From Calditrichaceae bacterium (GTDB lineage Bacteria; Calditrichota; Calditrichia; Calditrichales; JBFXGD01), in assembly GCA_050173015.1 (NCBI GenBank), contig JBFXLE010000005.1:1-64000 (forward strand): a DNA stretch of 64,000 nt. The letters run 5' to 3'. The stretch's first letter is position 1. Each line of letters begins with the position of its first letter. Position numbers and translations under genes: made by a program. The notes beneath the pieces are model-generated. The model was not told the origin of the DNA. It made no database searches and was given only the letters and a program-made list of their open reading frames with translations. Shown piece after piece: positions 11,394-21,923 of this stretch.

Positions 11394-12372
11394 TTTTCAG
11401 GCCCTCCTGGTTAAACTGAAACAAAGGCAGGATTCCGGATGCTTTTTCGTCTGTGATTATTTTGTTGCCAACTTTGGATAATACATCCGAAAGTGTCTCA
11501 AGATACATCCGTTGGCGGGTGACCTCTTTGGCCTTCGCGTATTCCCGGTAAAGAGCACTAAAGCGGGCGGCGTCACCTTTTGCCTGATTAACGCGTTCCA
11601 GCGCGTAACCATGCGCCTCTTCGATCATTCTCTGCGCCTCGCCGCTGGCTTTCGGTATAATTTTATTATATTCGGATCTCGCCTGGTTGATTAATTTTTC
11701 ACGTTCCTGCTGCGCCTCATTTACTTCATTAAAAGAGGGCTTTACCTCATCGGGAGGATTGACATCCTGAAGAACTACCTGTTCAACCTTAATACCCGTA
11801 TCATATTGATCGCACAACTCCTGAACCTTTACTTCCACGCTGGTGGCGATTTCCTGGCGTCCGACAGTCAGCACTTCGTTGACGGTCCTGTCACCGACAA
11901 TTTCCCTCATTACCGCCTCATTGATATCGCGGAACGTTTGGTTTGCATTTCTCACTTTGAAAAGGAATTTATAGGGATCACTAATCCGGTACTGAACAAT
12001 CCATTCCACTTCCGCCGAATTTAAATCGCCGGTAAGCATTAATGACTCTTCCCGGTAATCTCTGGTGGAATACTCAGACCGGATACCTGCTTCTGAAGTT
12101 CTGAAACCAAATTCATGTTTTAACTGCCTTTCAACCGGCACTTTAAAAACCGTTTCAATGCCAAACGGCAGTTTAAAATTCAAGCCGGGCTCAACGGCTC
12201 TTGTATATTTCCCGAACCTTAAGACGACCCCGATTTCCTCCGGTTCAATCGTGAACCATGTTGAGAAAAAAAAGAAAACAACAAGTAAACCGATGACGAT
12301 GTTACGTATAGCTTTCCCTGAAAATTGAGGTGGTCGCAGATTATTTAAATCAAACTGCGATTGCTGATTCAT
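11383..12372 (-). CDS. hflK: FtsH protease modulator HflK
   Basis: GVVLRFG, MLTGDLN, DVNPPDEVKPSF, VTRQRMYLET. Confidence 0.93.
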   Translation of the reverse strand: MNQQSQFDLNNLRPPQFSGKAIRNIVIGLLVVFFFFSTWFTIEPEEIGVVLRFGKYTRAVEPGLNFKLPFGIETVFKVPVERQLKHEFGFRTSEAGIRSEYSTRDYREESLMLTGDLNSAEVEWIVQYRISDPYKFLFKVRNANQTFRDINEAVMREIVGDRTVNEVLTVGRQEIATSVEVKVQELCDQYDTGIKVEQVVLQDVNPPDEVKPSFNEVNEAQQEREKLINQARSEYNKIIPKASGEAQRMIEEAHGYALERVNQAKGDAARFSALYREYAKAKEVTRQRMYLETLSDVLSKVGNKIITDEKASGILPLFQFNQEGLKNEK

Positions 12373-12585
12373 CTAAAATACCTCCTTTTATCTGGTTTGT
12401 TTATAATCAAAATTTGTAAGAACAGCTGTAGATTTATTGAAAATAAATTTTTCAAGACTCTTGGTTTAGATAAGAACAAGAAAACCTTTCCCGGTCCGGG
12501 TTATTACTTACGGATCGGATTAAAGTTCATACTGAATATAAGGCATGAATTGCAGTTAGCAACATAATACGAAATAAATAGACAT

Positions 12586-13290
12586 CTATAAATGAAAAAG
12601 ACCGATATCTTCAAATTTTATTTCCGGCGGTTGTTTTAACAAAAATACAGCAATGCGGGCAATATCATCAACTTGTAGGAAACCATCCTTCCGGCCGCCG
12701 TCCTCTCCGGGAGGCGGCACTTGAACAAGTCCGGGATTAAGGCTGTGGACCCGAATGCCATATTCACGCACTTCCTGCTGGAGAGCCTCTGCAAATCCGG
12801 CCAGGCCGAATTTAGACGCGCAGTAAACACCGGCATCCGGGTATCCGTGCTTGGCCGCTTGTGAGGCAATATTCATAATATAACCCGATTTCTGGCGGAT
12901 CATCGTTGGAAGGACCTCACGAGTCAACATAAATGCGCCCTTTAAATTAGTGTCCATGACCAAATCCCATTCATCATCTGTGAGTTCCACTATCTTTTTT
13001 TGAATCCCCAGACCTGAATTGTTCACCAGAATATCAATCGATGGAAAGTTTTCCTTACTTGTTTTAACCAGATTCACGATGTCTTCTTTAACACGCAGAT
13101 CGCACTCAACGGCAACGGCTTTCCCTCTGCCGGTTTTATTAAACTCTTCTGCCGCGGTTTGAAGAAGGCCGAGACGCCTTGAGGCCAAAATGACATTGAC
13201 GCCTTCATTTATCAAAGCGCTGCCAATCGCCTTCCCGATGCCGCTTCCGCCGCCGGTTATAATCGCCGTTTGCCCCGCCAAACTGAACAT
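12586..13290 (-). CDS. Short-chain dehydrogenase/reductase
   Basis: TGGGSGIG, NNSG, YxxxK (YCASK). Confidence 0.92.
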   Translation of the reverse strand: MFSLAGQTAIITGGGSGIGKAIGSALINEGVNVILASRRLGLLQTAAEEFNKTGRGKAVAVECDLRVKEDIVNLVKTSKENFPSIDILVNNSGLGIQKKIVELTDDEWDLVMDTNLKGAFMLTREVLPTMIRQKSGYIMNIASQAAKHGYPDAGVYCASKFGLAGFAEALQQEVREYGIRVHSLNPGLVQVPPPGEDGGRKDGFLQVDDIARIAVFLLKQPPEIKFEDIGLFHL

Positions 13291-13437
13291 AGTACTCCTT
13301 TGTCAGAAGAATATGATAGGAGAAATATCCGTCCCTTGAATTTAAGAAGGAGCGCCTGATATTCAACCTAAAAGTTATTTAGTGCTGATTTTATGATTTG
13401 CCACTGATCTCAAAAGGATTCTTTCTGTTTCACCGGG

Positions 13438-13962
13438 CTATTTATTTTTCTTCGATGCTGTTACAATTTCTAAAATCTGGCTGGCATGGTTTCCTGAATC
13501 CACCTTATCAAAAACATGCAGTACCTTGCCATTCGGGTCGATGATATAAGTGATCCGTTTGGGACCCAGCATATTCAACAACCCTCTGTCCGCGCCGTAC
13601 AAGTCCGCTACTTTCCGCTTAATATCTGACAGCAGAGGAAATGGAAGATTATATTTTTCAGAGAAATTTTTATGAGAAGCGGAGTCATCATAACTGATTC
13701 CAAGTATTGAAATGCCCTCATTTAATAATGCCTCGTAATTATCCCGAAGATTACATGCCTCTTTCGTGCATCCGGGCGAATCGTCTTTGGGATAGAAATA
13801 AATTACGGTGGTCCCGCCTTTGTAATCAGCCAATCTGTGTACTGTGCCTTCTGAATCAGATAGTTCAAAAACCGGCGCGGTATCACCAACTTTCAGCATT
13901 TCTCCTCCAAACAGGATTGAATTGAACATAAATAATAGTCCAAATGAAAATAATAGTTTCAT
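13438..13962 (-). CDS. bcp: Peroxiredoxin BCP/PrxQ with signal-like N-terminus
   Basis: YFYPKDDSPGCTKEAC, LPFPLLSD. Confidence 0.92.
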   Translation of the reverse strand: MKLLFSFGLLFMFNSILFGGEMLKVGDTAPVFELSDSEGTVHRLADYKGGTTVIYFYPKDDSPGCTKEACNLRDNYEALLNEGISILGISYDDSASHKNFSEKYNLPFPLLSDIKRKVADLYGADRGLLNMLGPKRITYIIDPNGKVLHVFDKVDSGNHASQILEIVTASKKNK

Positions 13963-14178
13963 TTTTGCTCCTTTTTTAATCTCGGCGCCGTAAAAAAGTA
14001 TCTTTCGGCTTTCTTCTGCATATAAAACTACTAAGAGGGAAATTTATTTCTCAATTTCACAATAAAAATGAAACTAAAAATCAGGCACCTTAGTATTGAT
14101 GGGAATAAATTAAAGGTTCTCATCATTTATAATATGCTACAAAGGGATGTTTTTTGAGGTCAATCGGGAGAGAAAGCA

Positions 14179-16254
14179 ATGGCAAAATTAACTATAAATA
14201 ATATGATTGAAGAAACAGATTTAGCGTTGAGCATGAATAAAGGCGATTATATCGAAAAGGATATGATTATTGAGTGGTATCGCCTGATGCATCTGGGAAG
14301 AACACTGGATGACAACGCTGCTTTATATCTGAAAAAAAATATGGGCTGGAGCTATCACGCGGCCTGCGCCGGCCATGACGGAATACAGCTCGCCCTTGGT
14401 CTGTCCTTTCGTCCAAATAAGGATTTCCTTTTTCCTTATTACAGAGATATGCTGACGGTTTTGGCCGCCGGGATGACACCCGAAGAAATAATTCTGAACG
14501 GTTTGTCAAAAAGAGACGATCCCTCATCAGGAGGTCGTCACATGAGTAATCATTTCGCGAAGCCGGAAATCGGCATTCAGAATGTCTCTTCGGCGACCGG
14601 AAATCACACGCTTCACGCGGTTGGAGTCGCCAGGGCTATGAAATATTACGGAAGTGACGCCATTGCCTATTCGAGTCAGGGTGAATCGTCAACCTCTGAA
14701 GGTTACGTTTATGAAGCGATAAACGGAGCGTCGAGAGAAAAACTACCGGTTATTTTTGTTATTCAAAACAACGGTTACGGCATTTCGGTACCGGTCCATG
14801 AACAAACCGCGAATCCGATTGTCGCAGACAATTACAGCGGACTAAAAAACCTGCATATTGTTCGTGTTGACGGAACGGACATTTTTGACAGCTGGCACGG
14901 CATGCAGGAAGCGATCGAATTTGTAAAGAGTGGAGCCGGTCCGGCAATCGTGCACGCGCAAACTGTTCGTCTGCATTCACACAGCAATTCCGATAAACAA
15001 TCAAATTACCGGTCGGAAGAGGATCTAAAGGAATTACAGAGATATGATCCTATCCCGCGTTTTAGAAATTACCTTCTCTCCCATAATCTTCTCAACGAAG
15101 ATCAGCTGGCTGAACTTGAAGAAAAAAATAATGTGGAGTTTCAAATGGCCGCGGAGCGAGCGGAAAACGCTCCCAATCCTGAGCCAAAATCTGTTTATAA
15201 TTTTATCATGCCGGATCCGATAGACGTTGAAGAAACGACTGTCCCGGAATCCGCGGAACAATTCACTCTGCGACAGGCCATTAATGAAACCCTTAAACAG
15301 GAATTTCGCCGTAATCCGAACACGTTTTTGTGGGGCCAGGATGTGGCATCATTTAAAAAGGGCGGCGCGTTTAAATTAACAGCGGGTATGGAAGATGAAT
15401 TCGGCGGTGAACGGGTGTTTAACGCTCCTATCGCGGAAGATTATATTGTTGGAACAGCAAACGGAATGTCCCGCTACCGGGATGATATCCGCATCGTTAT
15501 TGAGGGGGCGCAGTTTGCCGATTATTTTTGGCCGGCAATGGAACAGTTAATTGAATTATCACACGATTACTGGCGTTCGAACGGCAAATTTTCACCAAAT
15601 GTGACAATTCGGCTCGCATCCGGCGGTTATATCGGCGGCGGCTTGTATCATTCACAAAATTTAGAGGCCGTTTTGACATCTCTGCCGGGAATCCGGGTGG
15701 TGGTACCTTCCTTCGCCGATGACGCGGCGGGACTATTAAGGACTTCAATTAGAAGCCGGGGCGTTACGCTGTTCCTTGAGCCAAAATTTTTGTATAACCA
15801 TAAAATAGCTAAATCTTATTCTACTTCTGATGAGCATTTTGTGCCCTTCGGCAAAGCGAGAATCAGACGAGCCGGTGAAGATCTGAGTATTATCACATAT
15901 GGCACTCCGGTTCATTTTTCTTTGAAGGCCGCGGAGCGACTGCAGAAAGAGCATAACATATCGGTTGAAGTCATTGATCTCCGTAGTCTCGTGCCTCTCG
16001 ACCGTGAGACCATCCTGGATTCGGTCAAAAAAACAGGACGGGCGCTGGTCGTTCATGAAGATAATATTACCGGCGGATTTGGCGGCGAAGTCGCATCTAT
16101 CATTTCCGAACAGGCATTTAAATATCTTGATGCTCCGGTGACACGAATGGGATCCAAAGACATCCCGGTAGGATTCAATCCTATTCTCGAGAGAGAAATA
16201 CTCATCAACGAAAATCAAATCTACGATAAAGCTCTGCAGCTGGCTCAATTTTAA
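14179..16254 (+). CDS. 2-oxoacid dehydrogenase E1, fused alpha/beta subunits
   Basis: PYYRD, GESSTSEG...NNGYGIS TPP-binding region, HSNSD, FNAPIAE, GGLYHSQ, EVIDLRSLVPLD. Confidence 0.93.
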   Translation: MAKLTINNMIEETDLALSMNKGDYIEKDMIIEWYRLMHLGRTLDDNAALYLKKNMGWSYHAACAGHDGIQLALGLSFRPNKDFLFPYYRDMLTVLAAGMTPEEIILNGLSKRDDPSSGGRHMSNHFAKPEIGIQNVSSATGNHTLHAVGVARAMKYYGSDAIAYSSQGESSTSEGYVYEAINGASREKLPVIFVIQNNGYGISVPVHEQTANPIVADNYSGLKNLHIVRVDGTDIFDSWHGMQEAIEFVKSGAGPAIVHAQTVRLHSHSNSDKQSNYRSEEDLKELQRYDPIPRFRNYLLSHNLLNEDQLAELEEKNNVEFQMAAERAENAPNPEPKSVYNFIMPDPIDVEETTVPESAEQFTLRQAINETLKQEFRRNPNTFLWGQDVASFKKGGAFKLTAGMEDEFGGERVFNAPIAEDYIVGTANGMSRYRDDIRIVIEGAQFADYFWPAMEQLIELSHDYWRSNGKFSPNVTIRLASGGYIGGGLYHSQNLEAVLTSLPGIRVVVPSFADDAAGLLRTSIRSRGVTLFLEPKFLYNHKIAKSYSTSDEHFVPFGKARIRRAGEDLSIITYGTPVHFSLKAAERLQKEHNISVEVIDLRSLVPLDRETILDSVKKTGRALVVHEDNITGGFGGEVASIISEQAFKYLDAPVTRMGSKDIPVGFNPILEREILINENQIYDKALQLAQF

Positions 16255-16278
16255 ATAAAACGAGAACGAATAAACAAT

Positions 16279-16311
16279 ACCGCTCATCATATTGGATGGG
16301 CGGTTTTTTTT
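16279..16311 (+). terminator. Intrinsic terminator
   Basis: accgctcatc...gatgggcggt hairpin followed by a T-run. Confidence 0.75.
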
Positions 16312-16460
16312 AAGCATGGACTTTTCCCGGCCAATATTTTATATTTTTTAAAATTGCAGTACCGCGGAATCGAAAACTATCTTCATTCTATCGAATAATC
16401 AGATCAGACTATAATACGAATAAATCGAACATTTCATAAACAGTTAAAACAGGGGTTATT

Positions 16461-17081
16461 ATGTTATACTGTCCCTATTGTTCGGAACCCGTCACAAAAT
16501 CTCAAAAGATTTGTCCTTTCTGCAAAAAATCACTTGATCTTGACCTATTGGATAACCTTTATGAACCGGGTGAATCCAGTTCGATCAGTAAAAAGGAGCT
16601 AAGGCGATTATGGTTTATTGAACGTTCCTATATCTTCTGGCCGGTTATTACACTATTGCTTGGACTCATCGCCGGGGGCATTATCATGTTTATTTTTGAT
16701 CAGGTACAATTCTCGGGAGAACGCGCTGATCTCCGTACCAAAATTGAAGAACTGCAAGCCACTATCGACCGCAAAGAATCCAAAACCACAGACCTGAAAA
16801 GCGGGCTTGAGCAGGAGGTCGCCGGACGTGATCAGATTATTGCCATTCTCGATGATCAAAAAGAAACTTTGACCCGAATCATAAACTTTACCAGAAGATT
16901 TGCATCGGCAATTCCTATTCCGCCTAGCATGGAACAGGAATCAAACTCATTTAAAAGTAACATAAATTATCTGATCCGGCAATTTGAGACCGGGCAGGAT
17001 AAATTAAAAAATACCGGTTACAAAAATATAAAGACGTACAATCTGGAAACAGTACCGCAGGTCCTGAGCAACCAGAATTAA
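16461..17081 (+). CDS. Zinc-ribbon, single-TM, coiled-coil protein of unknown function
   Basis: CPYC...CPFC at the N-terminus, one hydrophobic helix, heptad-rich tail. Confidence 0.75.
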   Translation: MLYCPYCSEPVTKSQKICPFCKKSLDLDLLDNLYEPGESSSISKKELRRLWFIERSYIFWPVITLLLGLIAGGIIMFIFDQVQFSGERADLRTKIEELQATIDRKESKTTDLKSGLEQEVAGRDQIIAILDDQKETLTRIINFTRRFASAIPIPPSMEQESNSFKSNINYLIRQFETGQDKLKNTGYKNIKTYNLETVPQVLSNQN

Positions 17082-17267
17082 TGCCGTCCTTCATATACAC
17101 AGTGAATTCGTTTTTTGTGTTGAATTAACATTTTGCGAGCTTATTTCTAATCTGAATGTCGCGCAGACATTGACCGTGACAATGGATTGTTTTTGAACAG
17201 AATTTCCCGAGACTGATTCTGTACGTTTTGAAATTGTTTTATTTTTTCAAAACAGGAGGGAAAATTC

Positions 17268-18524
17268 ATGAAGTTTAGCACCGCGCTTAGACAACCCACC
17301 CGCAGACGTTTGGAACGATGCGGTCAGGCCGATATTTTAATCGGAATTCCTTGTTTTAATAATGATTCCACCATCACTCATGTTATCACCACGGTAGAAA
17401 AAGGGCTGGAATTGCATTATCCGAATCATCGCTGTGTGGTGATGATCGCCGATGGCGGATCGGTCGATGATTCTCGTGAAGAAGGCGACATGATCGAGAG
17501 CAGCCCATGGATTGAGCGGATAATTGCCATTTACAGAGGTGTATCCGGAAAAGGAACGGCGGTAAGAGCCATCTTCGAAGCGGCAAACTTACTTGACTGT
17601 AAAGTCTGCGCCCTTTTCGATTCCGATCTGAGATCCATCACCCCGGATTGGATTAAATGTATGATTGATTCTATCCTGAATGACGGCGTGGATTTTGTCG
17701 CCCCTTATTATAAAAGGTATAAATACGACGGCACCATCACCAATAATATCGTGTATAATCTCACCCGCTCGCTATACGGATATCGCGTAAGACAGCCAAT
17801 TGGCGGTGACTTCGCCTTTAGCCGCGCGCTGATAAAGCACTATATCGAGCAGGAAGTATGGGAATCGGATGTGGCCCGTTTTGGCATCGATATTTGGCTG
17901 ACCACCACGGCAATGGTAAATAAGGCGAATATCGTCCAGGCCAATCTGGGCGTTAAAATTCATGATGTGAAAGATCCCTCGGAATCGCTCGGCCCCATGT
18001 TCCGCCAGGTTGTTTCTACTTTATTATCAATGATGGAGCAACATGAAAAAACATGGATGAAAGTGAAGGAAAGCAAACCGACTCCTATCGTTGGACCACC
18101 TATCAAAGTGGAACCAACACCGTTTACGATCAATGTCGCCAAATTGGTGGATGATTTTAAAATCGGATACAGTAATTTCGGAGAGTTATGGAAAAAAATC
18201 GTCGCGCCGGAGAACTGGGAGGTGATCCAGAGCCTTTATCATAAGGAGGAAAAGGAATTTTTCTTCCCGGTCGAGAACTGGGTAAAAATACTGTACGATC
18301 TGGCCGCCGCTTATCACCACTGGAAAGGTCCACGTGATCTGATGATCAGCCTGATGACCCCGCTGTATTTTGCAAGAATCGCCTCCTTTGTTAACAGATC
18401 GATTGATATGAGTACAGACGAAGCTGAAGCTCTTGTCGAAATGCAGGCTGAAATCTTTGAACAGCAGAAGGGATATTTAATAAAGCGCTGGAAAGAAGAT
18501 GTACATTATTATGATGAAAAATAG
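17268..18524 (+). CDS. GT-A glycosyltransferase, glucosyl/mannosylglycerate synthase-like
   Basis: IGIPCFN, DGGSVD, GKGTAV, DSD motif, YKYDGTITN, RQPIGGDF, FGIDIWLT. Confidence 0.8.
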   Translation: MKFSTALRQPTRRRLERCGQADILIGIPCFNNDSTITHVITTVEKGLELHYPNHRCVVMIADGGSVDDSREEGDMIESSPWIERIIAIYRGVSGKGTAVRAIFEAANLLDCKVCALFDSDLRSITPDWIKCMIDSILNDGVDFVAPYYKRYKYDGTITNNIVYNLTRSLYGYRVRQPIGGDFAFSRALIKHYIEQEVWESDVARFGIDIWLTTTAMVNKANIVQANLGVKIHDVKDPSESLGPMFRQVVSTLLSMMEQHEKTWMKVKESKPTPIVGPPIKVEPTPFTINVAKLVDDFKIGYSNFGELWKKIVAPENWEVIQSLYHKEEKEFFFPVENWVKILYDLAAAYHHWKGPRDLMISLMTPLYFARIASFVNRSIDMSTDEAEALVEMQAEIFEQQKGYLIKRWKEDVHYYDEK

Positions 18525-18841
18525 CCGGATAATCACCTGTTACTGCGGCTTATGACCCTGCTTCGCTCCGGACAGGTTGATTTAACATCATGGTTCTTAT
18601 CCAGGTAAGGATTTTGATTCCTGAATATTGTTTAATTTGACTGGTTACTGATTCACCTATCGCGCCTTCGCGTCATGGCCAACCTGTGCTCACATATATC
18701 ATGGTTCAGACTTATTATTTTCCTTTAATTTTTTTATTTGCATGTGATACAAAAAAATTTAGGAATATAAAAGCGGATTCTGTATCATTCCCCCTTCAAA
18801 TGGATCAAACAATTTATATTAAAACGGATTAGGGACCGGAT

Positions 18842-20200
18842 TTGAATAAACAGAAACAGGCGCAGCTTACGGAAGGACCCGTCGGAAAAACAATCATTCG
18901 CTTAACCATTCCGATGTTCTTTGGCATTTTAGCGAGTGTGGCCTTCAATTTAATAGACACCTTCTTTGTCGGGCAGCTTGGCACAACGCCTCTCGCCGCC
19001 ATGAGTTTTACCTTTCCGGTGGTATTCGTGATCTCCGGGTTATCCATGGGCCTGGGCGTCGGAGCCTCGGCAATTATATCCAGGGCCATCGGTGAAGGCG
19101 ATCAATACAGGGTCCGCCGGTTAACCACCGACAGCCTGGCGCTTTCGTTTATAATTGTCGCCGTTTTTATTATCGCGGGATTCCTGACGGTGGAGCCCGT
19201 TTTCAAACTGATGGGCGCCACAGATCAGGTTCTGCCGTATATTGAGTCATATATGTATATCTGGTATCCCGGCATGATTTTTATGGTGGTGCCAATGGTC
19301 GGCAATTTTGCCATCAGGGCCACCGGAGACACAAAAACACCGAGTATGATCATGTTTGTGGCAGTCATTATCAATGCCATACTCGATCCTTTATTGATAT
19401 ACGGCTGGGGGCCATTCCCAAGGATGGAACTGGCCGGCGCGGCTTTGGCGACGGTAATTTCACGCGGAATCACTTTTTTCTTCGCGATCTGGATATTGTA
19501 CGCCCGTGAAAAAATGATCACCGTTAAAATCCCGGAAGCGCGTGAAGTGCTCGAATCGTGGAAAAATATGCTGTATATCGGTCTGCCTACCGCCGGAACC
19601 AATATCATTTTACCCGTTGGCGCGGGGATCATCACACGGCTTGTGTCAACCTATGGACATGAAGCGGTGGCGGCGTTCGGAGTCGCGTCGAGAATCGATA
19701 TGTTCGCGATGACCATGATCATGGCTTTATCCAGCGTGCTCGGGCCGTTTATCGGGCAGAATCTCGGCGCGGACAACCCCGACCGGGTACGTGACGGGGT
19801 GACCTATGGCCACCGCTTCGCGCTCGTCTGGGGAATATTTGTTTTTCTGGTTCTGATATTTGTCTCCGAGCCTGTCGCGTCCATTTTTAACGATGATCCG
19901 AAAGTCATTGAGATCATTGTGCTGTATTTGTGGATTGTACCTATCGGTTACGGAGCGTTAGGCATCCTATCCATTTCCAACGGCGCTTTTAATGTATTGA
20001 AAAAACCGCTCAACGCGTCACTACTGACCATTACAAGGATGTTTATTTTATATGTTCCTTTGGCCTATATCGGATCTTATTTAATGGGTTTAAAAGGCAT
20101 ATTTTCCGCGGCAACGGCGGCAAATATCATAACGGGTGTCGCCGGATATTTCTGGCTGAAGAAGACCTTGCGGAGGCCAGAAGTGGGAAGTGGGAAGTAA
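18842..20200 (+). CDS. MATE family efflux transporter
   Basis: LTEGPV start, DTFFVGQLG, RATGDTKTP, NAILDPLLI, GAALAT. Confidence 0.93.
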   Translation: MNKQKQAQLTEGPVGKTIIRLTIPMFFGILASVAFNLIDTFFVGQLGTTPLAAMSFTFPVVFVISGLSMGLGVGASAIISRAIGEGDQYRVRRLTTDSLALSFIIVAVFIIAGFLTVEPVFKLMGATDQVLPYIESYMYIWYPGMIFMVVPMVGNFAIRATGDTKTPSMIMFVAVIINAILDPLLIYGWGPFPRMELAGAALATVISRGITFFFAIWILYAREKMITVKIPEAREVLESWKNMLYIGLPTAGTNIILPVGAGIITRLVSTYGHEAVAAFGVASRIDMFAMTMIMALSSVLGPFIGQNLGADNPDRVRDGVTYGHRFALVWGIFVFLVLIFVSEPVASIFNDDPKVIEIIVLYLWIVPIGYGALGILSISNGAFNVLKKPLNASLLTITRMFILYVPLAYIGSYLMGLKGIFSAATAANIITGVAGYFWLKKTLRRPEVGSGK

Positions 20201-20225
20201 GAAGTAAGAAGTAAGAAGTTAAGAT

Positions 20226-20422
20226 ATAAGAAAAAAGATAAAAGACAAAAGAAAAAAGAGCTAAAAACGCTCTAAACTGTGACGTGTCGGCATTTGGTGG
20301 ATAATATGATTGAATGATTTTATGATTAAGAATTCCAGTTCATAGCCCATCATGCTCACCCGGTATGTCATCCCGCAGGGATCTTTTTCTATGTTCGTTT
20401 ATTATGCAAAAAAATGAAAGAA
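20226..20422 (+). repeat. ~196-bp direct repeat, copy 1
   Basis: Near-identical to 20568-20761 (core aactgtgacgtgtcggcatttggtgg...tgcaaaaaaatgaaagaa). Confidence 0.92.
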
Positions 20423-20567
20423 TAAGAAGTGAAATTTCTTCGGGGCGAATTTTCTGTTCGAGTGGATGAGTCAGAAAAATAGAAATATGTATCACGAGTT
20501 AAAATTCGCCAGGGCTTTTTGCTACTTTTTGGCCATTCAAAAAGTAGGGAGAAGAAAAGTGGGAAAG

Positions 20568-20761
20568 ATAAGAAAAAAGATAAAAGATAAAAGAAAAAAG
20601 AGTAAGAATAGTATGAACTGTGACGTGTCGGCATTTGGTGGATAATATGATTGAATGATTTCATGATTAAGAATTCCAGTTCATAGCCCATCATGCCTAC
20701 CCGCATGTTTCCCGCGGGGATCTTTTTCTATGTTCGTTTATTATGCAAAAAAATGAAAGAA
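20568..20761 (+). repeat. ~196-bp direct repeat, copy 2
   Basis: Near-identical to 20226-20422. Confidence 0.92.
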
Positions 20762-20829
20762 GCCTGTTTTCGGGAAGTTCCCGGTGACTTCATGCGTTTA
20801 CTTATAAAACAAGTAAAAAGGGTAAATTC

Positions 20830-21492
20830 ATGAACAACCGGAAAAAATTATTAACACTTATTTCAGCGGGTATTGTGATCACTGTTATTCTGATGGTATC
20901 TGTACCATTAAATACAATGAACGCGAATCAGCCCGAAGAGGAGCAACCTATGGATCCTAATCTTGAAACCGCCACCTTCGGCGCCGGATGCTTCTGGTGC
21001 GTGGAAGCTATTTATCAGAATCTCGAGGGCGTGCAGAGCGTGATATCCGGATATTCCGGCGGAGACGTTGAAAATCCATCTTATGATGATGTCTGCAGCG
21101 GCGAAACCGGTCACGCGGAAGTGACACAGATATATTTTGATCCCAAAATAATCAGTTATGATGATTTGCTGAATGTATTCTGGCAAACACATGATCCGAC
21201 CACGCTCAATAAACAAGGCGGCGATGTGGGCACCCAGTACCGTTCGGTTATTTTTTATCACAACGAGGCACAGAAAGCAGCGGCTGAATTGTCGAAAAAT
21301 GAGGCTGATGCTTCAGCATACTGGAAAGATCCGATCGTAACCGAAATCAGTCCATTTACAGCCTTTTATAAAGCGGAAAATTATCACCAGGATTACTACG
21401 ACCGGAACCGGAATCAGCCATACTGCCGTTTTGTCATCGATCCCAAACTGAGAAAATTTAAGAAGGAGTTTTCTGAGAAGTTAAAAAAATAG
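20830..21492 (+). CDS. msrA: Peptide-methionine (S)-S-oxide reductase with N-terminal signal/TM
   Basis: GCFWCVE, GYSGG, TGHAE, HDPT, GTQYRS, AENYHQDY. Confidence 0.96.
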   Translation: MNNRKKLLTLISAGIVITVILMVSVPLNTMNANQPEEEQPMDPNLETATFGAGCFWCVEAIYQNLEGVQSVISGYSGGDVENPSYDDVCSGETGHAEVTQIYFDPKIISYDDLLNVFWQTHDPTTLNKQGGDVGTQYRSVIFYHNEAQKAAAELSKNEADASAYWKDPIVTEISPFTAFYKAENYHQDYYDRNRNQPYCRFVIDPKLRKFKKEFSEKLKK

Positions 21493-21529
21493 CAGTCAGT
21501 GACCGGGTTAGATTGATTTATCTGCTTAG

Positions 21530-21818
21530 GCATGAGCTTTAGCTCGCGCGCTAATGAGGGACTAAAGCCCAGTTTAGTTCGAGCTATCGTTATCCCCGAT
21601 CTAAAGATCGGGACTATGGTTTCCAGTTTAATGATTCGCAAAACTCAAATGGCCAATCTTATTGCCACGAGCTTTAGCTCGTGGATCAGATAATTTCCAA
21701 CTCATCCAGGGCTTTAGCCCAATTTCTGACTGATTAATCCATTTTCCCCTGATCTGAAGATTGGGGCAATGATTTCCCGTTTAGTGATTCCCTAAACACA
21801 AATGCCCAAACCTATTGA
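21530..21818. repeat. Cluster of REP-like hairpins with TAAA/TTTA loops (family B)
   Basis: gagc-ttta-gctc, cccgatc-taaa-gatcggg, ccacgagc-ttta-gctcgtgg, gggc-ttta-gccc; same units at 35435-35540. Confidence 0.8.
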
Positions 21819-21923
21819 CTGACTAAAAATGGGTCACACCCAAACGACCGGGAATCAAAACCCCGGCGAGATTCTTATACATCAATTTATATATAAAATT
21901 AGTATAGACATTATAGAAAATGG

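Noticed and set aside
18530-18720. Riboswitch or sRNA upstream of the MATE gene
   Set aside because: Only short repeats (atcatggttc twice) and a possible REP remnant; no recognisable aptamer consensus.
20389-20706. 105-aa minus-strand ORF
   Set aside because: Lies wholly within the direct repeat and low-complexity sequence; Phe/Ser-rich translation; likely spurious.
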